A DNA stretch of 64,000 nt from an uncultured Methanosarcinales archaeon (GCA_964510025.1 CAZDZV010000001.1:165399-229398), one strand, 5' to 3'. Positions 44,978 to 54,730 are shown, counted from the first letter of the stretch. Notes: generated from the letters alone by a model not told the origin. Translations and numbers: made by a program.

Positions 44978-46006
44978 ATGGGCATTGCTTTCAGCAAACT
45001 GATAACCGGCACTGAAATCGAGATCAGCAGCTTAAAAGGCCAAAAACTGGCTGTGGATTCCTTCAATATGCTATACCAATTTTTAACGACCATAAGGTCC
45101 AGGGACGGCTCTGTCCTTATGGACTCTGAAGGCAAGGTGACATCACATATAGTCGGTTTATTTTCTCGGACCGTCAAACTAATGCAATACGGGCTTAAGC
45201 CGCTATTTGTATTTGATGGAAAGCCCCCTACACTTAAACAAGCGGAAAGAGAAAGAAGAGCGAAATTAAAAGCCGAAGCCAAGGAGCAGTATAAGAAAGC
45301 TGCTTCTATGGGTGATCTAGAATCTATGAGAAAATATGCTTCCAGAAGCACCAAGCTGTCCTCGGAAATGGTTGAGGAGGCGAAAAAACTAGTTAATGCC
45401 CTTGGATTGCCAATAATTACTGCTCCATCGGAAGGTGAAGCTCAGGCCGCACATCTGGTTAGAAAGGGAGACGCATATGCCGCTGTTAGCCAGGACTATG
45501 ACAGCCTCATCCACGGGGCCTCCTTTTTGGTCAGAAACCTCTCTATAGTGGGCAAGAGAAAAAAAGCAAATAAACTCAAATATGAAACAATAATGCCTGA
45601 AAAGATCAGCCTATCAGAAAACCTAAACAGGCTTGGTTTTGATCAGGACCAACTGATTGTTCTGGCTTTACTGATCGGAACAGACTATAATGTGGGTGGG
45701 GTCAAAGGCATAGGCCCTAAGAAGGCCTATGATCTGGTCAAGAAGCACAAAAAGAATTTTGATGGGGTGTTTGAAGAGGCAGGCTGGGATTTTGATTTCC
45801 CCTGGACTGATCCGTATTATACAATTAAGAAAATGCCAGTTACAGATAAATATCGCCTGGCGTGGGGGGAAATTGAGGAAGAGAGATTATTACGGCTGCT
45901 AGTGGACAAGCATGATTTTGCAGAGGAAAGGGTAAAAAATTCCCTAAAAAAACTACATAATGCTAGGGATACGAACAAACAAAAAGGATTGAAAGATTTC
46001 TTATGA
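44978..46006 (+). CDS. fen: Flap endonuclease 1
   Basis: MGIAFSKLI...LAVDSFNMLYQFLTTIR, VFDGKPP, APSEGEAQAAHL, SQDYDSLIHGA, GTDYN.GVKGIGPKKA, and a C-terminal PIP-like GLKDFL. Confidence 0.95.
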   Translation: MGIAFSKLITGTEIEISSLKGQKLAVDSFNMLYQFLTTIRSRDGSVLMDSEGKVTSHIVGLFSRTVKLMQYGLKPLFVFDGKPPTLKQAERERRAKLKAEAKEQYKKAASMGDLESMRKYASRSTKLSSEMVEEAKKLVNALGLPIITAPSEGEAQAAHLVRKGDAYAAVSQDYDSLIHGASFLVRNLSIVGKRKKANKLKYETIMPEKISLSENLNRLGFDQDQLIVLALLIGTDYNVGGVKGIGPKKAYDLVKKHKKNFDGVFEEAGWDFDFPWTDPYYTIKKMPVTDKYRLAWGEIEEERLLRLLVDKHDFAEERVKNSLKKLHNARDTNKQKGLKDFL

Positions 46007-46818
46007 GACTAAAAGACCTTTGCAGAAATGAGCTCACAGCAAAAGAGAGAGAGCTGTTGCCTGCTTCATTTGATATAGTTGGGGATATTCTTATATTTTC
46101 TGATTTTCCTGAAGAGCTAGAGAAAAAGGAAAAACTAGTGGGGAAAATGATTCTGGATAATATGAAGAATGTTAAGGTCATATGCAAAAAAATCGGGAAA
46201 TATGCTGGCAGATTTAGACTACCTAAGCTGAAGATTATAGCCGGCGCCAGGAGAAAAGAGACCCGGCATAAAGAGAACAATGTAGTATTAGAATTGAATG
46301 TTGAAAAGGTGTATTTTTCCCCACGTTTAAGCACAGAAAGAAAACGGGTAAGTGGGCTCGTCAATCCGGGTGAGGATGTTCTCGTGATGTTTTCGGGTTG
46401 TGCCCCCTATCCCATAAACATCGCTAAAAATTCAAAGGCAAGAAGCATCTACGGAATAGAGGTCAATCCAGCGGCCCATCGGTACGGCCAGATGAACGTT
46501 AAGCTAAATAAGGCAGATAATGTTGTGCTTTTACAAGGTGACGTGCGACAGGTACTCCCCATGTTACATAAAAGATTTGATAGAATAGTCATGCCGCTGC
46601 CTAGAAAAGGAAAGGACTACCTGAAATTAGCTTTTTCAAAGTTGAGGAAAGGCGGAATTGTACATCTCTACATCTTTTTGAGGGAGGAGCAAATTAACAC
46701 AGATTATTTAAGAGACTATGTAGGAAGATACGCAAGGAAATTTAAAATCAAAAAAATAACAAAATGCGGGCAATTTGCACCGGGCAAGTATAGGGTATGT
46801 ACGGATATATTTAAATAG
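46003..46818 (+). CDS. trm5: Trm5/Taw2-type (Met-10+ like) SAM-dependent tRNA methyltransferase
   Basis: FDIVGDILIF..., RLPKLKIIAGARRKETRHKENNVVLELNVEKVYFSPRLSTER, and VLVMFSGCAPYPINIAK...GIEVNPAA fit the Trm5/TYW2 pattern. 4-nt overlap with fen. Confidence 0.75.
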   Translation: MRLKDLCRNELTAKERELLPASFDIVGDILIFSDFPEELEKKEKLVGKMILDNMKNVKVICKKIGKYAGRFRLPKLKIIAGARRKETRHKENNVVLELNVEKVYFSPRLSTERKRVSGLVNPGEDVLVMFSGCAPYPINIAKNSKARSIYGIEVNPAAHRYGQMNVKLNKADNVVLLQGDVRQVLPMLHKRFDRIVMPLPRKGKDYLKLAFSKLRKGGIVHLYIFLREEQINTDYLRDYVGRYARKFKIKKITKCGQFAPGKYRVCTDIFK

Positions 46819-46839
46819 GAAATAGTATTCATATTTTAT

Positions 46840-46903
46840 GCACGCGATGATTAAGTGAACACCAGTGCCGCTTATGGCAGACGGATGTAACTGATGAGCG
46901 TGC
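46840..46903 (+). ncRNA. Candidate C/D-box-like sRNA or structured intergenic RNA (weak)
   Basis: GCACGC...GCGTGC is a terminal 6-bp stem enclosing a near C box GCGATGA (46844-46850) and a CTGA D box (46891-46894). A TTTAAATA lies at 46810-46817 (about 23 nt upstream of 46840). The internal D'/C' boxes are degenerate. Confidence 0.25.
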
Positions 46904-46917
46904 AATTTTCAAGAAAT

Positions 46918-48072
46918 CTATCCAAACATATGTATGTAATCCTGGCCTTCAAGCTTCTCTTCAGCTTTAACCTTGTCTATGGCTTTCAGAAAATCATCTT
47001 TGACAACCTTATACCTATTCTTCCTTATTGCAAAGTAACCTGCTTCAGTACAAGTCGCATTTATCTCGGCTCCAGAGAAATTCTCCATCCTCTCAACCAA
47101 AGCATTCACATTTATATCCTGATCCAAATTCATACCCCTGCTGTGAATCTTGAATATCTCTATTCTAGCTTCCTTACAGGGTATTGGAACCAAGATTAAC
47201 CTGTCTAACCTCCCTGGTCTGATTATCGCAGGGTCCAGGATATCTTTTCTGTTTGTGGCACCGATTATCTTTACATTATCAAGACTTTTGAAGCCATCAA
47301 TTTCAGCTAGTAGCTGCATAAAAGTCCTGTTGACTTCTCTCTCCCCAGAAGTGCCTATCTCCATCCGCTTTGCAGCCAAGGAATCAAGCTCATCAATAAA
47401 GACCACAGAAGGAGCTTTCTTTCTGGCCAACTCGAATATTTCCTTAATTAGCTTGGCTCCTTCGCCGATAAATTTTTGGACCAGCTCAGAACCAACCACC
47501 TCTATAAAAGTTGAATCAGTTGAAGCAGCCACTGCTTTGGCCAACAAGGTCTTACCGGTCCCGGGCGGCCCATAAAGCAAGATTCCTTTTGGGGGTTTTA
47601 TCCCAACTTTCTTGAATAGTTCCGGCTTCCGAAGCGGCAGCTCTATTACTTCCTTGACCTCCTGAACCTGGTGTGATAGCCCGCCAACATTTTCCCATCC
47701 GATATCTGGCTTCTCTATAATCACAAATTTCTCCACGTCGAACGTTTTTGAAATCGGTATCTTCTTAACAATAGTGAGGTTTTTTTGCTCTGTGAGCACA
47801 ACGTCCCCCACTTTCAGGTTTTGACAAGAATCCGCTATCTTAACTGCAAACTGATTGCCGTTCGGGATCCTTATTATGGCCCCATCACCTATCAACTCCC
47901 TTACTTCACACACCATCAGCGGAGGATTCTTGAACTTTTCAATTTCTTTGGTTAACTTAGTTATTGTTTCCTTCAGGACCTTATTTTCCTCCCCAAGCCT
48001 GTTCGTATCAGTAGTATAGCTGTAGATGACGCTATCCAAAATGTTCTTCTCGTTAATCTCAGATGGAACCAT
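46918..48072 (-). CDS. pan: Proteasome-activating nucleotidase (PAN)
   Basis: An N-terminal coiled coil and OB domain. The AAA+ module has ILLYGPPGTGKTLLAKAVA, VFIDELD, and IGATNRKDILDPAIIRPGRLDR. The C-terminal HbYX-like tail is ...YIHMFG. Confidence 0.9.
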   Translation of the reverse strand: MVPSEINEKNILDSVIYSYTTDTNRLGEENKVLKETITKLTKEIEKFKNPPLMVCEVRELIGDGAIIRIPNGNQFAVKIADSCQNLKVGDVVLTEQKNLTIVKKIPISKTFDVEKFVIIEKPDIGWENVGGLSHQVQEVKEVIELPLRKPELFKKVGIKPPKGILLYGPPGTGKTLLAKAVAASTDSTFIEVVGSELVQKFIGEGAKLIKEIFELARKKAPSVVFIDELDSLAAKRMEIGTSGEREVNRTFMQLLAEIDGFKSLDNVKIIGATNRKDILDPAIIRPGRLDRLILVPIPCKEARIEIFKIHSRGMNLDQDINVNALVERMENFSGAEINATCTEAGYFAIRKNRYKVVKDDFLKAIDKVKAEEKLEGQDYIHMFG

Positions 48073-48112
48073 ATATCAATATTGTTATAAACTGATTTAA
48101 AAAGGTTTGGTT

Positions 48113-49072
48113 TTACAGCAGAAATGTCCCTTGGTCCATAATCTTTTTTTTGTCCAAAAAAATTGTTGGCTTTCTTATCACGCAATCAACATGCAACGGC
48201 ACTCTTGTCCTGCCACCAAATCCTATATTATTGCCTAACGCTATATGGCAGGTTCCAAAGGCCTTCTCATCCTCTAATACTATGCCAGTTACTTCTGCTT
48301 TCTTGTTTAATCCTATCCCAAATTCTGCAATATTTCTGGCTTTGTAACCTACCTTATCCAGCAAATTTTTAATCGGTTCTGATTTATAACCGGAAATATC
48401 GCTTACGTAGCCATTTTCAACCTCAAAGAATGTTTTTCTTATACATTTACCAAAACCGGCTATGGAACCATCTACGATAAAAGAGCCCTGCGCAGTCCCT
48501 TCAACAGGCGCAATAAATGCTTCCCCTTCAGGCAGATTACCCCACTGGCCTTTTTTGCTGTAGATGCCTGCTGATGCCCCCTGACCCCTTCTATTTTTTA
48601 CGCTGAATCCCAAGGAAGCTCTTCCCTTATCAATCTTCACATAACTTGCACTGCTTAGGAGTCTTATCATACTGTCTGTATTTTTTTTGAGTTTTTTATA
48701 GTCAACATCTATACATCTTTCAAGTACACGCTTAGTTACTCCTGGCATTGATGCAATCCGAACTCCTTTTTTTGTGGCTCTGTCCCTTGCCTTTGTATGT
48801 GAGAGAGACATGGTAGTAAGGAAAACAGCAGCATCATAGTTCATAAGCTGCAAAGCCACCCATTTTGGGGGCTCCTGGCCATTATATCTACCTATTGGGA
48901 TCTTCAATAAGTCCCCGTATTTTTTAAATCTCTTTGCGATATCTTCCCTTTTTTTGTCATAAATAACCACCAAGGACTCATTTTGCTTAAGAGCAAGATT
49001 TTTTTCCAGAATAATCCGAATAGCCTTAGATAACGAATCTTCCCTTTTTGTGTACCCAGTACTTTTTTCCAT
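48113..49072 (-). CDS. M29-family (thermophilic metalloprotease/aminopeptidase T-like) aminopeptidase
   Basis: GNLPEGEAFIAPVEGTAQGSFIVDGSI..., NIAEFGIGLN, and GTCHIALGNN...HVDCVI are M29 signatures. The start is uncertain: the track ORF begins at 49177, and I prefer M36 at 49072, which still overlaps the upstream gene. Confidence 0.6.
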   Translation of the reverse strand: MEKSTGYTKREDSLSKAIRIILEKNLALKQNESLVVIYDKKREDIAKRFKKYGDLLKIPIGRYNGQEPPKWVALQLMNYDAAVFLTTMSLSHTKARDRATKKGVRIASMPGVTKRVLERCIDVDYKKLKKNTDSMIRLLSSASYVKIDKGRASLGFSVKNRRGQGASAGIYSKKGQWGNLPEGEAFIAPVEGTAQGSFIVDGSIAGFGKCIRKTFFEVENGYVSDISGYKSEPIKNLLDKVGYKARNIAEFGIGLNKKAEVTGIVLEDEKAFGTCHIALGNNIGFGGRTRVPLHVDCVIRKPTIFLDKKKIMDQGTFLL

Positions 49073-50792
49073 CCTTATCAACACCATATATATCCAACTC
49101 CTGCCTAGGTGAATCAATAACAATATCAGTATGGTAATAGGTTGCGCGATCAGGCTCAAACCCGGAACCGAGGGCAATATGGATCATATTAGCAATTTTT
49201 TCATTAACAATAAGATATCTGCAAAGCTCCGCATTTGGATTGGTGTTTATTGCAAATTCTCCAATATTTTCGAAGTTTCTTTTATTGATGTCTATGATAT
49301 CTTGGGGCAGCGCCTTATTTTTTTCGTGCTTAAGAAGCTTGTGCCAAGATTCCGATTTCTTTTCTTCAAATTTATCCAAAATCTCTTTTGGCCCGCGGAC
49401 TATCTTATATTTATTCCTCATACACTGCACCACGATCGGTTTTTTTGCAGAAAGCAGATAACTTTGATCGATGCTGATCACAACATCACCAATAAACTGG
49501 CCTTTGATATATTCGGGCGTTACAAAAGCCTCTCCCCCAGGTATATTTGCCATCGTACCTGCTTTTATCCCTAGTTTCAGATATGCAGGATTGACTAGAT
49601 TTCGAGTTTCTACATCAGATCCTCTAAACTTCCTTCTTTTGCCTTTGTCTGAGACTAAACCAACCTTGAGTTCTGTCCGGTATCCATCGAATTTTTTGCC
49701 CTTCACTTCAATATACTCACATTTGTTTCCTATTTCAATTATCTTTTTGTTCCTTTTCTGCATCTTAAGCCAGTCGATGTTGCTTGTCCTGATAAAAACA
49801 TCTATGGGCAATGTTTCAGTAAAACCAATCCTGGCTTTTGGCAGCCTAGGATCATGAGCTGTCTGGGGATAATAGTCAAGCTTATAGATCATCTGGCCAG
49901 GCGATAACCATCTTATTTTCTTGTCTTCTGAAGGGTAGCCTATACATTCCCCAAAGTAGTGCTTTCCTGAATATCCTTTTCCGTGGATGCTGAATACAGC
50001 ACTGGCCACCTTAAGCCTGTCGATTTTCAGGAGGCTAGAAAGCTTCCTGAATTTCTCAAATATGGGCTCATCCGTATTTTTACACATCTCACAGCCAAGT
50101 AAGGTCGCCTTTAGTTCAGATATATTTTCCGGAGCGTCAAGCTGAGATTTCCTTGGAGTCGAGGATCCCATCCCCAAGATCTGGTCCTGCACTGCAGACA
50201 TCATAGCGTAACTGATCTGAAAAGAGTCCAAATAATCCTCTACGGGGAGGCCTGAATCACTCTCTTTCCTTAGAAGGTCAAATCCGATACTCACTTTTTC
50301 TTTTTTCTTTAAGTTAAAAACTTGTTTCCAAATAATTTGTGCAGTCTCAAGGAGCGCTTTTTTCCTGTATTCTTTCAACCATGAGAGTTTGTATGGCAGT
50401 GAATAGGAACCCTCAAATCCTCTGGCCGAAGCCTTTAGGTATATATCTGGAGGCTCAAAAATCTTGCCCACCATATTATTGCATTTTTTGTCTGCCAGCT
50501 GAATAAATTCACTTAGCGCTTCCGTCTGCTCTGTCTTTATTTCTTGCTTTAGATTTATGTATGTATCCCAAATATCATTCAAAAGGTCCAGACTGTCCGA
50601 TTTTCCGTTTACTGCCTGGACATTCATATCCCCTCCCAGCTCATGAATTGCTCTTGAAAGGGGGGCGAGAGAGTAGAATGCCTCTTTCTGCTTAATATCC
50701 AGCACTATCAGTATTGTCTTGCTGTCGATCCCCTTTAGCGCCTTTTTGTAACTCTCTACCGCTTTCTTCAACTGATTAAGATTATACCTCAT
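49026..50792 (-). CDS. Long M29-like aminopeptidase homolog (588 aa)
   Basis: The C-terminal half carries the same motifs: NIPGGEAFVTPEYIKGQFIGDVVI, GEFAINTNPNA, and IHIALGSGFEPDRATYYHTDIVI. I do not recognise the N-terminal ~300 aa. Confidence 0.55.
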   Translation of the reverse strand: MRYNLNQLKKAVESYKKALKGIDSKTILIVLDIKQKEAFYSLAPLSRAIHELGGDMNVQAVNGKSDSLDLLNDIWDTYINLKQEIKTEQTEALSEFIQLADKKCNNMVGKIFEPPDIYLKASARGFEGSYSLPYKLSWLKEYRKKALLETAQIIWKQVFNLKKKEKVSIGFDLLRKESDSGLPVEDYLDSFQISYAMMSAVQDQILGMGSSTPRKSQLDAPENISELKATLLGCEMCKNTDEPIFEKFRKLSSLLKIDRLKVASAVFSIHGKGYSGKHYFGECIGYPSEDKKIRWLSPGQMIYKLDYYPQTAHDPRLPKARIGFTETLPIDVFIRTSNIDWLKMQKRNKKIIEIGNKCEYIEVKGKKFDGYRTELKVGLVSDKGKRRKFRGSDVETRNLVNPAYLKLGIKAGTMANIPGGEAFVTPEYIKGQFIGDVVISIDQSYLLSAKKPIVVQCMRNKYKIVRGPKEILDKFEEKKSESWHKLLKHEKNKALPQDIIDINKRNFENIGEFAINTNPNAELCRYLIVNEKIANMIHIALGSGFEPDRATYYHTDIVIDSPRQELDIYGVDKDGKKYWVHKKGRFVI

Positions 50793-51853
50793 TTTATCGT
50801 CAATTCTTTCGGTACCTTTGTCAGTATATTTATCTTATCTGAAGCCAATATGCTATCCTCGATCCTAATGCCATATCTGTTGCTGAAATATATGCCCGGC
50901 TCTACAGTAAATGCTGCTCTTTTCCTGATTACGTCCTTCTCATCTGCTTTCAGGTTTGGCAGTTCATGAATGTCCAAACCAATCCCATGGCCTAACCCAT
51001 GGGTAAAATTTTTTGCATATTTTCCCAACAAGTCTACGGCTTCATCATATATATCTGCACACTTTTTGCCCACCTTTATATTTTTTATTATATGGTCCTG
51101 GACAGATAACAGAAAATTATATGTGTTTTTTTCGTTTTTTGAAGGTTTGCCCAGATATAATGTCCTGGTTATGTCAGAATTGTAGCCCCTGTAAACAACA
51201 CCAAAATCTATCAGGCAGAAGCCCCTGCGAAGTCTGGTAGGTCTAGGGGTGTAGTGGGGCATGCTACTCGCTTTGCCAGAGGCAACTATCGGGGGAAATG
51301 CCAGGCTGCACCCTCTTTCCACTGTCTTCCTATGAAGAAAAGTCTCAACGTCCTTTTCTGTAACAAGTCTATTGAATTTTGATAAGCATTCATTTAGTAT
51401 TTCCGAGGTTATCTGGCATGATTTCTTTATTAATTTAACCTCTTTTTCTGATTTAATTTCGCGGAGTTTCAATATGTGCTCTGATATGTCTATCAGCTTA
51501 AATCCTCTTATTGCTTTTCTAAGACTTTTCACTACAGTTAATATTGTATCTGCATAAACCATGCCAATCCTAGGCGCATTAATTCTTTTTTTCTTCAGGT
51601 ATGCACGGAGAACATCAAAAAATCGCTTACTCTTATCTGCCTTTAGAACAGCAACCTTTGAATATTTTTTTGCCCTTTCATATTCCATCATAGGCACAAT
51701 AATAAAAGGGGGTTTCTTTTTCGGCACTGCCAGACAACCAAGCCCCTCATATCCAGTAAAATAATATACATTCTTGTTTTCAGCCAGATTGAAAAATAGG
51801 GCCAAATCAATATCTTTTTCTGCCAGAAGCCGCTGTAGTCTCTTTAAGCCCAT
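50789..51853 (-). CDS. pepQ: Xaa-Pro dipeptidase (M24B)
   Basis: The creatinase-like N-domain is followed by a pita-bread domain with CLIDFGVVYRGYNSDITRT, HGLGHGIGLDIHELP, FTVEPGIY and GIRIEDSIL. Confidence 0.85.
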   Translation of the reverse strand: MGLKRLQRLLAEKDIDLALFFNLAENKNVYYFTGYEGLGCLAVPKKKPPFIIVPMMEYERAKKYSKVAVLKADKSKRFFDVLRAYLKKKRINAPRIGMVYADTILTVVKSLRKAIRGFKLIDISEHILKLREIKSEKEVKLIKKSCQITSEILNECLSKFNRLVTEKDVETFLHRKTVERGCSLAFPPIVASGKASSMPHYTPRPTRLRRGFCLIDFGVVYRGYNSDITRTLYLGKPSKNEKNTYNFLLSVQDHIIKNIKVGKKCADIYDEAVDLLGKYAKNFTHGLGHGIGLDIHELPNLKADEKDVIRKRAAFTVEPGIYFSNRYGIRIEDSILASDKINILTKVPKELTIK

Positions 51854-51932
51854 TATCTTTAATATTTTGACCCTATATTAAAAGCTTTCGCTGTGAAAAA
51901 AGTTTAAATATTAGTTCTCCCAAATTTTGTGG

Positions 51933-53141
51933 ATGGAGATTTTCAAGCTCAAAAACAGGATGAAAGTTGTATTTTCTAAGAGAAAAAATGACAGCGTGGT
52001 TGTTCAAGCAACAGTAAAAGTCGGATCTAATAATGAGACTGAAAGAATCAGTGGCATATCACATTTTATTGAGCATATGCTGTTTGAAGGTACAAGAAGA
52101 CGAATGGACGCTAGAATGATTACAGGAGAGATCGAGAATGTAGGGGGGGAAATAAATGCATACACATCCAATGAAAAAACCTGTTTTTATGTCAGGGTCC
52201 CCAAAAAATATTTCTCAAAGGCACTGGATACCTTATCTGATATTTTGTTGCATCCATTGTTCGATAAAAAGAAAATTTCAAAAGAAAGAAAGGTCATCCT
52301 GAAGGAAATTAATCTTCATAAGGATGAGCCAAGGCTTTATCAATGGGTGCTCTTCCAGAAGACACTTTTCCAGAAAACCGGGGTCAAGAACCCAACCTAC
52401 GGAACTGTGAGGGCTGTCAGGACCATATCCAAGGAAGATCTTATCAGCTTTTATGATGAGCATTATTCGGCCAGTAACATAGTAATCTCTGTGGTTGGTG
52501 ATGTAGATAATGTCGGGGCTAAAATGGAAAAATATTTTGGTAATTTTAAGTCAAAAGAAAAAAAAGAGCCGGCTAAGCAACAGGAACCAACCATGAAAAA
52601 AGTTGCTGTCAAGAAAGTCAGAAGAAGGATTTTGAGCGCATATATGGTAATGGGCTTCAAGTCAGTTCCAAGGATTCATAAGGACAGCTATGTATTGGAT
52701 GTGATAAAGGCCATATTGGGCAGGGGGCAGTCTGGCAGAATAAACGATGAAATAAGGAACAAAAGGGGGTTAGCATATGAGGTGGGCATACTTCACGACT
52801 GCGGCATCAATTACGGGTTTTTCGCATTCTACCTCAATACCAACAAGAAGAATATCGCTCGCATAAAAAGAATAATCCTGAAAGAGATTGATAAGCTTGA
52901 TAAGATCAAGGAAGGAGAAATTGCGGATGCAAAAGGATATCTGTCGGGAAATTTCATAATTGAAAACGAAGATAACAGAGAAAGGGCGGATCAGCTGGGT
53001 TTTTGGGAGTATGCCAAGGATGCAAGGATGTTCAGCGACTATTGCTCTAACATCAGAAAAGTACAAATACAGGACATAAAAAGGGTCGCAAAGAGGTACT
53101 TTTTTTCAGCCTATGCCTTAGCAATAATTGAGCCTATCTAG
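51933..53141 (+). CDS. M16-family (pitrilysin/insulinase-like) zinc peptidase
   Basis: Inverted zinc motif HFIEHMLFEGT (HxxEH) with a downstream E (GEIENVGGEINAYTS). Length ~400 aa. I chose the ATG at 51933 over the TTG at 51927. Confidence 0.85.
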   Translation: MEIFKLKNRMKVVFSKRKNDSVVVQATVKVGSNNETERISGISHFIEHMLFEGTRRRMDARMITGEIENVGGEINAYTSNEKTCFYVRVPKKYFSKALDTLSDILLHPLFDKKKISKERKVILKEINLHKDEPRLYQWVLFQKTLFQKTGVKNPTYGTVRAVRTISKEDLISFYDEHYSASNIVISVVGDVDNVGAKMEKYFGNFKSKEKKEPAKQQEPTMKKVAVKKVRRRILSAYMVMGFKSVPRIHKDSYVLDVIKAILGRGQSGRINDEIRNKRGLAYEVGILHDCGINYGFFAFYLNTNKKNIARIKRIILKEIDKLDKIKEGEIADAKGYLSGNFIIENEDNRERADQLGFWEYAKDARMFSDYCSNIRKVQIQDIKRVAKRYFFSAYALAIIEPI

Positions 53142-54213
53142 TTATTCTAATCTTATTTATATCCTTTTCCAGTTCCTGAGCTTTCTTGCTTTTTTCTAAT
53201 TTATCCCTTACCGGCTTTATCAGAGTATTGAGGTATGATGCTGTAGCTGCCTTTAAATCCATCGGGTGCAGCTCTTTTTTTGCATATGTTTTTTCCAGTT
53301 CATCATATGAACCAAATTCCATGTTACCTCCCCATTTCTTTGGCCTTTCCACAGTAATTTGGCTGTATTTTTCAAACAAAATATATTTACAGTATTCTAG
53401 AATCGGGTTCTCCAATATTGTTCCCTCAGGGCAATAGGCTTTTCCAATCTTTCTTTGTATTTCAGATTGTGAATCTGTCATGAATATTGCTGTATCTGGT
53501 TTAGATTTTGACATCTTTAGTTCTATTGCTCTGTCAGCACCGCTTAATTCAACTGCTGGTGGCTTACCAAGACCCATCAACATATGGTGGCTTACTACTA
53601 CCGGCTTTTTGTAACCAAGCTTGGGCGCTATCTCTCTTGCAAGCATATTTACTTTTCTTTGATCCATACCTAGCTGGGTTATATCTGCTTCCAGATGGAA
53701 TATATCTGCTGCCTGCATGCACGGATAGAGTATCTGTGATGCCTGCAGGGATTCAGATTCTTTTCTTCCCATTATCTGCGCGCATCTGATAATGCGCCTA
53801 ACAGTGGAATTAATCGCTACTTCCATAACCTTTTTCCAATAGCTTTCCTGTCTTATCAGGTCGGAAACCCATATAAATTCTACTTTATCAAGATCCATGC
53901 CGCATGCCTTCCAAACCTCTATCAAGTAACTGCCCACCTTTTGAATGTTGCCTAAGTTGCCCCCAAGCTTATTGTTTGCCCAGGCATGCCAGTCGGCTAC
54001 CAGGATTTTAAACCTGCACCCTGCTTTTGTCATCTTGTTGACATTAATAGCCCTTAACAATCCCTGCGCAATATGGATATTCGCTCCAGAAGGTTCGAAT
54101 CCATCATAAGCTACTGGGTGCTTCTTACTATGAAGAGTACTCTTAAGCTCATCCAATGTAATAATCTCCTCCCCAACCTGCTTAATCAAACCTAGTTGAC
54201 TGTTTATATCCAT
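53134..54213 (-). CDS. tyrS: Tyrosyl-tRNA synthetase (archaeal type)
   Basis: YDGFEPSGANIHIAQG (HIGH region), ILYPCMQAADI, GMDQRKVNMLAREI, KMSKSKP, and the C-terminal KKELHPMDLKAA. It is closely colinear with the M. jannaschii TyrRS sequence as I remember it. Confidence 0.92.
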   Translation of the reverse strand: MDINSQLGLIKQVGEEIITLDELKSTLHSKKHPVAYDGFEPSGANIHIAQGLLRAINVNKMTKAGCRFKILVADWHAWANNKLGGNLGNIQKVGSYLIEVWKACGMDLDKVEFIWVSDLIRQESYWKKVMEVAINSTVRRIIRCAQIMGRKESESLQASQILYPCMQAADIFHLEADITQLGMDQRKVNMLAREIAPKLGYKKPVVVSHHMLMGLGKPPAVELSGADRAIELKMSKSKPDTAIFMTDSQSEIQRKIGKAYCPEGTILENPILEYCKYILFEKYSQITVERPKKWGGNMEFGSYDELEKTYAKKELHPMDLKAATASYLNTLIKPVRDKLEKSKKAQELEKDINKIRITR

Positions 54214-54459
54214 ATTTTGCTAGTTAATAGTGTATATTAATAAACTTTAGGGTAAATGTCTGAACAAGCATAGTGCCGGTTGCTATTATTTACAATATGG
54301 AAACTTAATACTTGTGAGAGCTTTGCCCAAAGCAACATGTTGATAACACTGGGGCTGTTGTATACACCAAAATAAGACTAGAGAATCAAAAGTTTTAAAT
54401 ATAACTTAACCTATTCATAGCATTACTATAAAGTTGATAATAATATTGAGGGGAATAAT

Positions 54460-54723
54460 ATGGCTGAAGATGATAAGAAGTTTTCCAAACAACTGATAGG
54501 CAAGACAATCGTAAGCAAGACAGGAAAAAGGTTTGGGGAAGTAGGCGACATAATTTTTGAGACAAGATCAGGCGAGTTAATACATATGGTCCTAACCAAT
54601 CCTACCTCTTATACAGAGAAGCTTGAACTGGAAAAAAATAAGGAAGGCAAAATTCTGATCCCGTTTAGCGCGGTGATAGCTATAGGAGATTTCATGGTCA
54701 TAGCTGAAGAAGACATTATTTAA
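54460..54723 (+). CDS. PRC-barrel domain protein
   Basis: LIGKTIVSKTGKRFGEVGDIIFETRSGELIHMVL...ILIPFSAVIAIGDFMVI is the typical PRC-barrel pattern. Confidence 0.7.
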   Translation: MAEDDKKFSKQLIGKTIVSKTGKRFGEVGDIIFETRSGELIHMVLTNPTSYTEKLELEKNKEGKILIPFSAVIAIGDFMVIAEEDII

Positions 54724-54730
54724 AAAGATA

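Noticed and set aside
49026-49177. The overlap of the two M29-like ORFs as evidence for a frameshifted pseudogene
   Set aside because: Each ORF independently contains the full set of M29 C-terminal motifs (GGEAF/EGEAF, (H/I)ALG, H(T/V)D.VI) and its own stop. The overlap is more simply explained by an over-extended 5' end of the downstream ORF.
54214-54459. The 246-bp spacer upstream of tyrS and the PRC-barrel gene as a tRNA or ncRNA locus
   Set aside because: There is no cloverleaf-compatible sequence (no GTTCRANNC T-loop, no acceptor pairing) and no C/D boxes. Only a weak 6-bp stem with a 45-nt loop is present. It is most simply a divergent promoter region.
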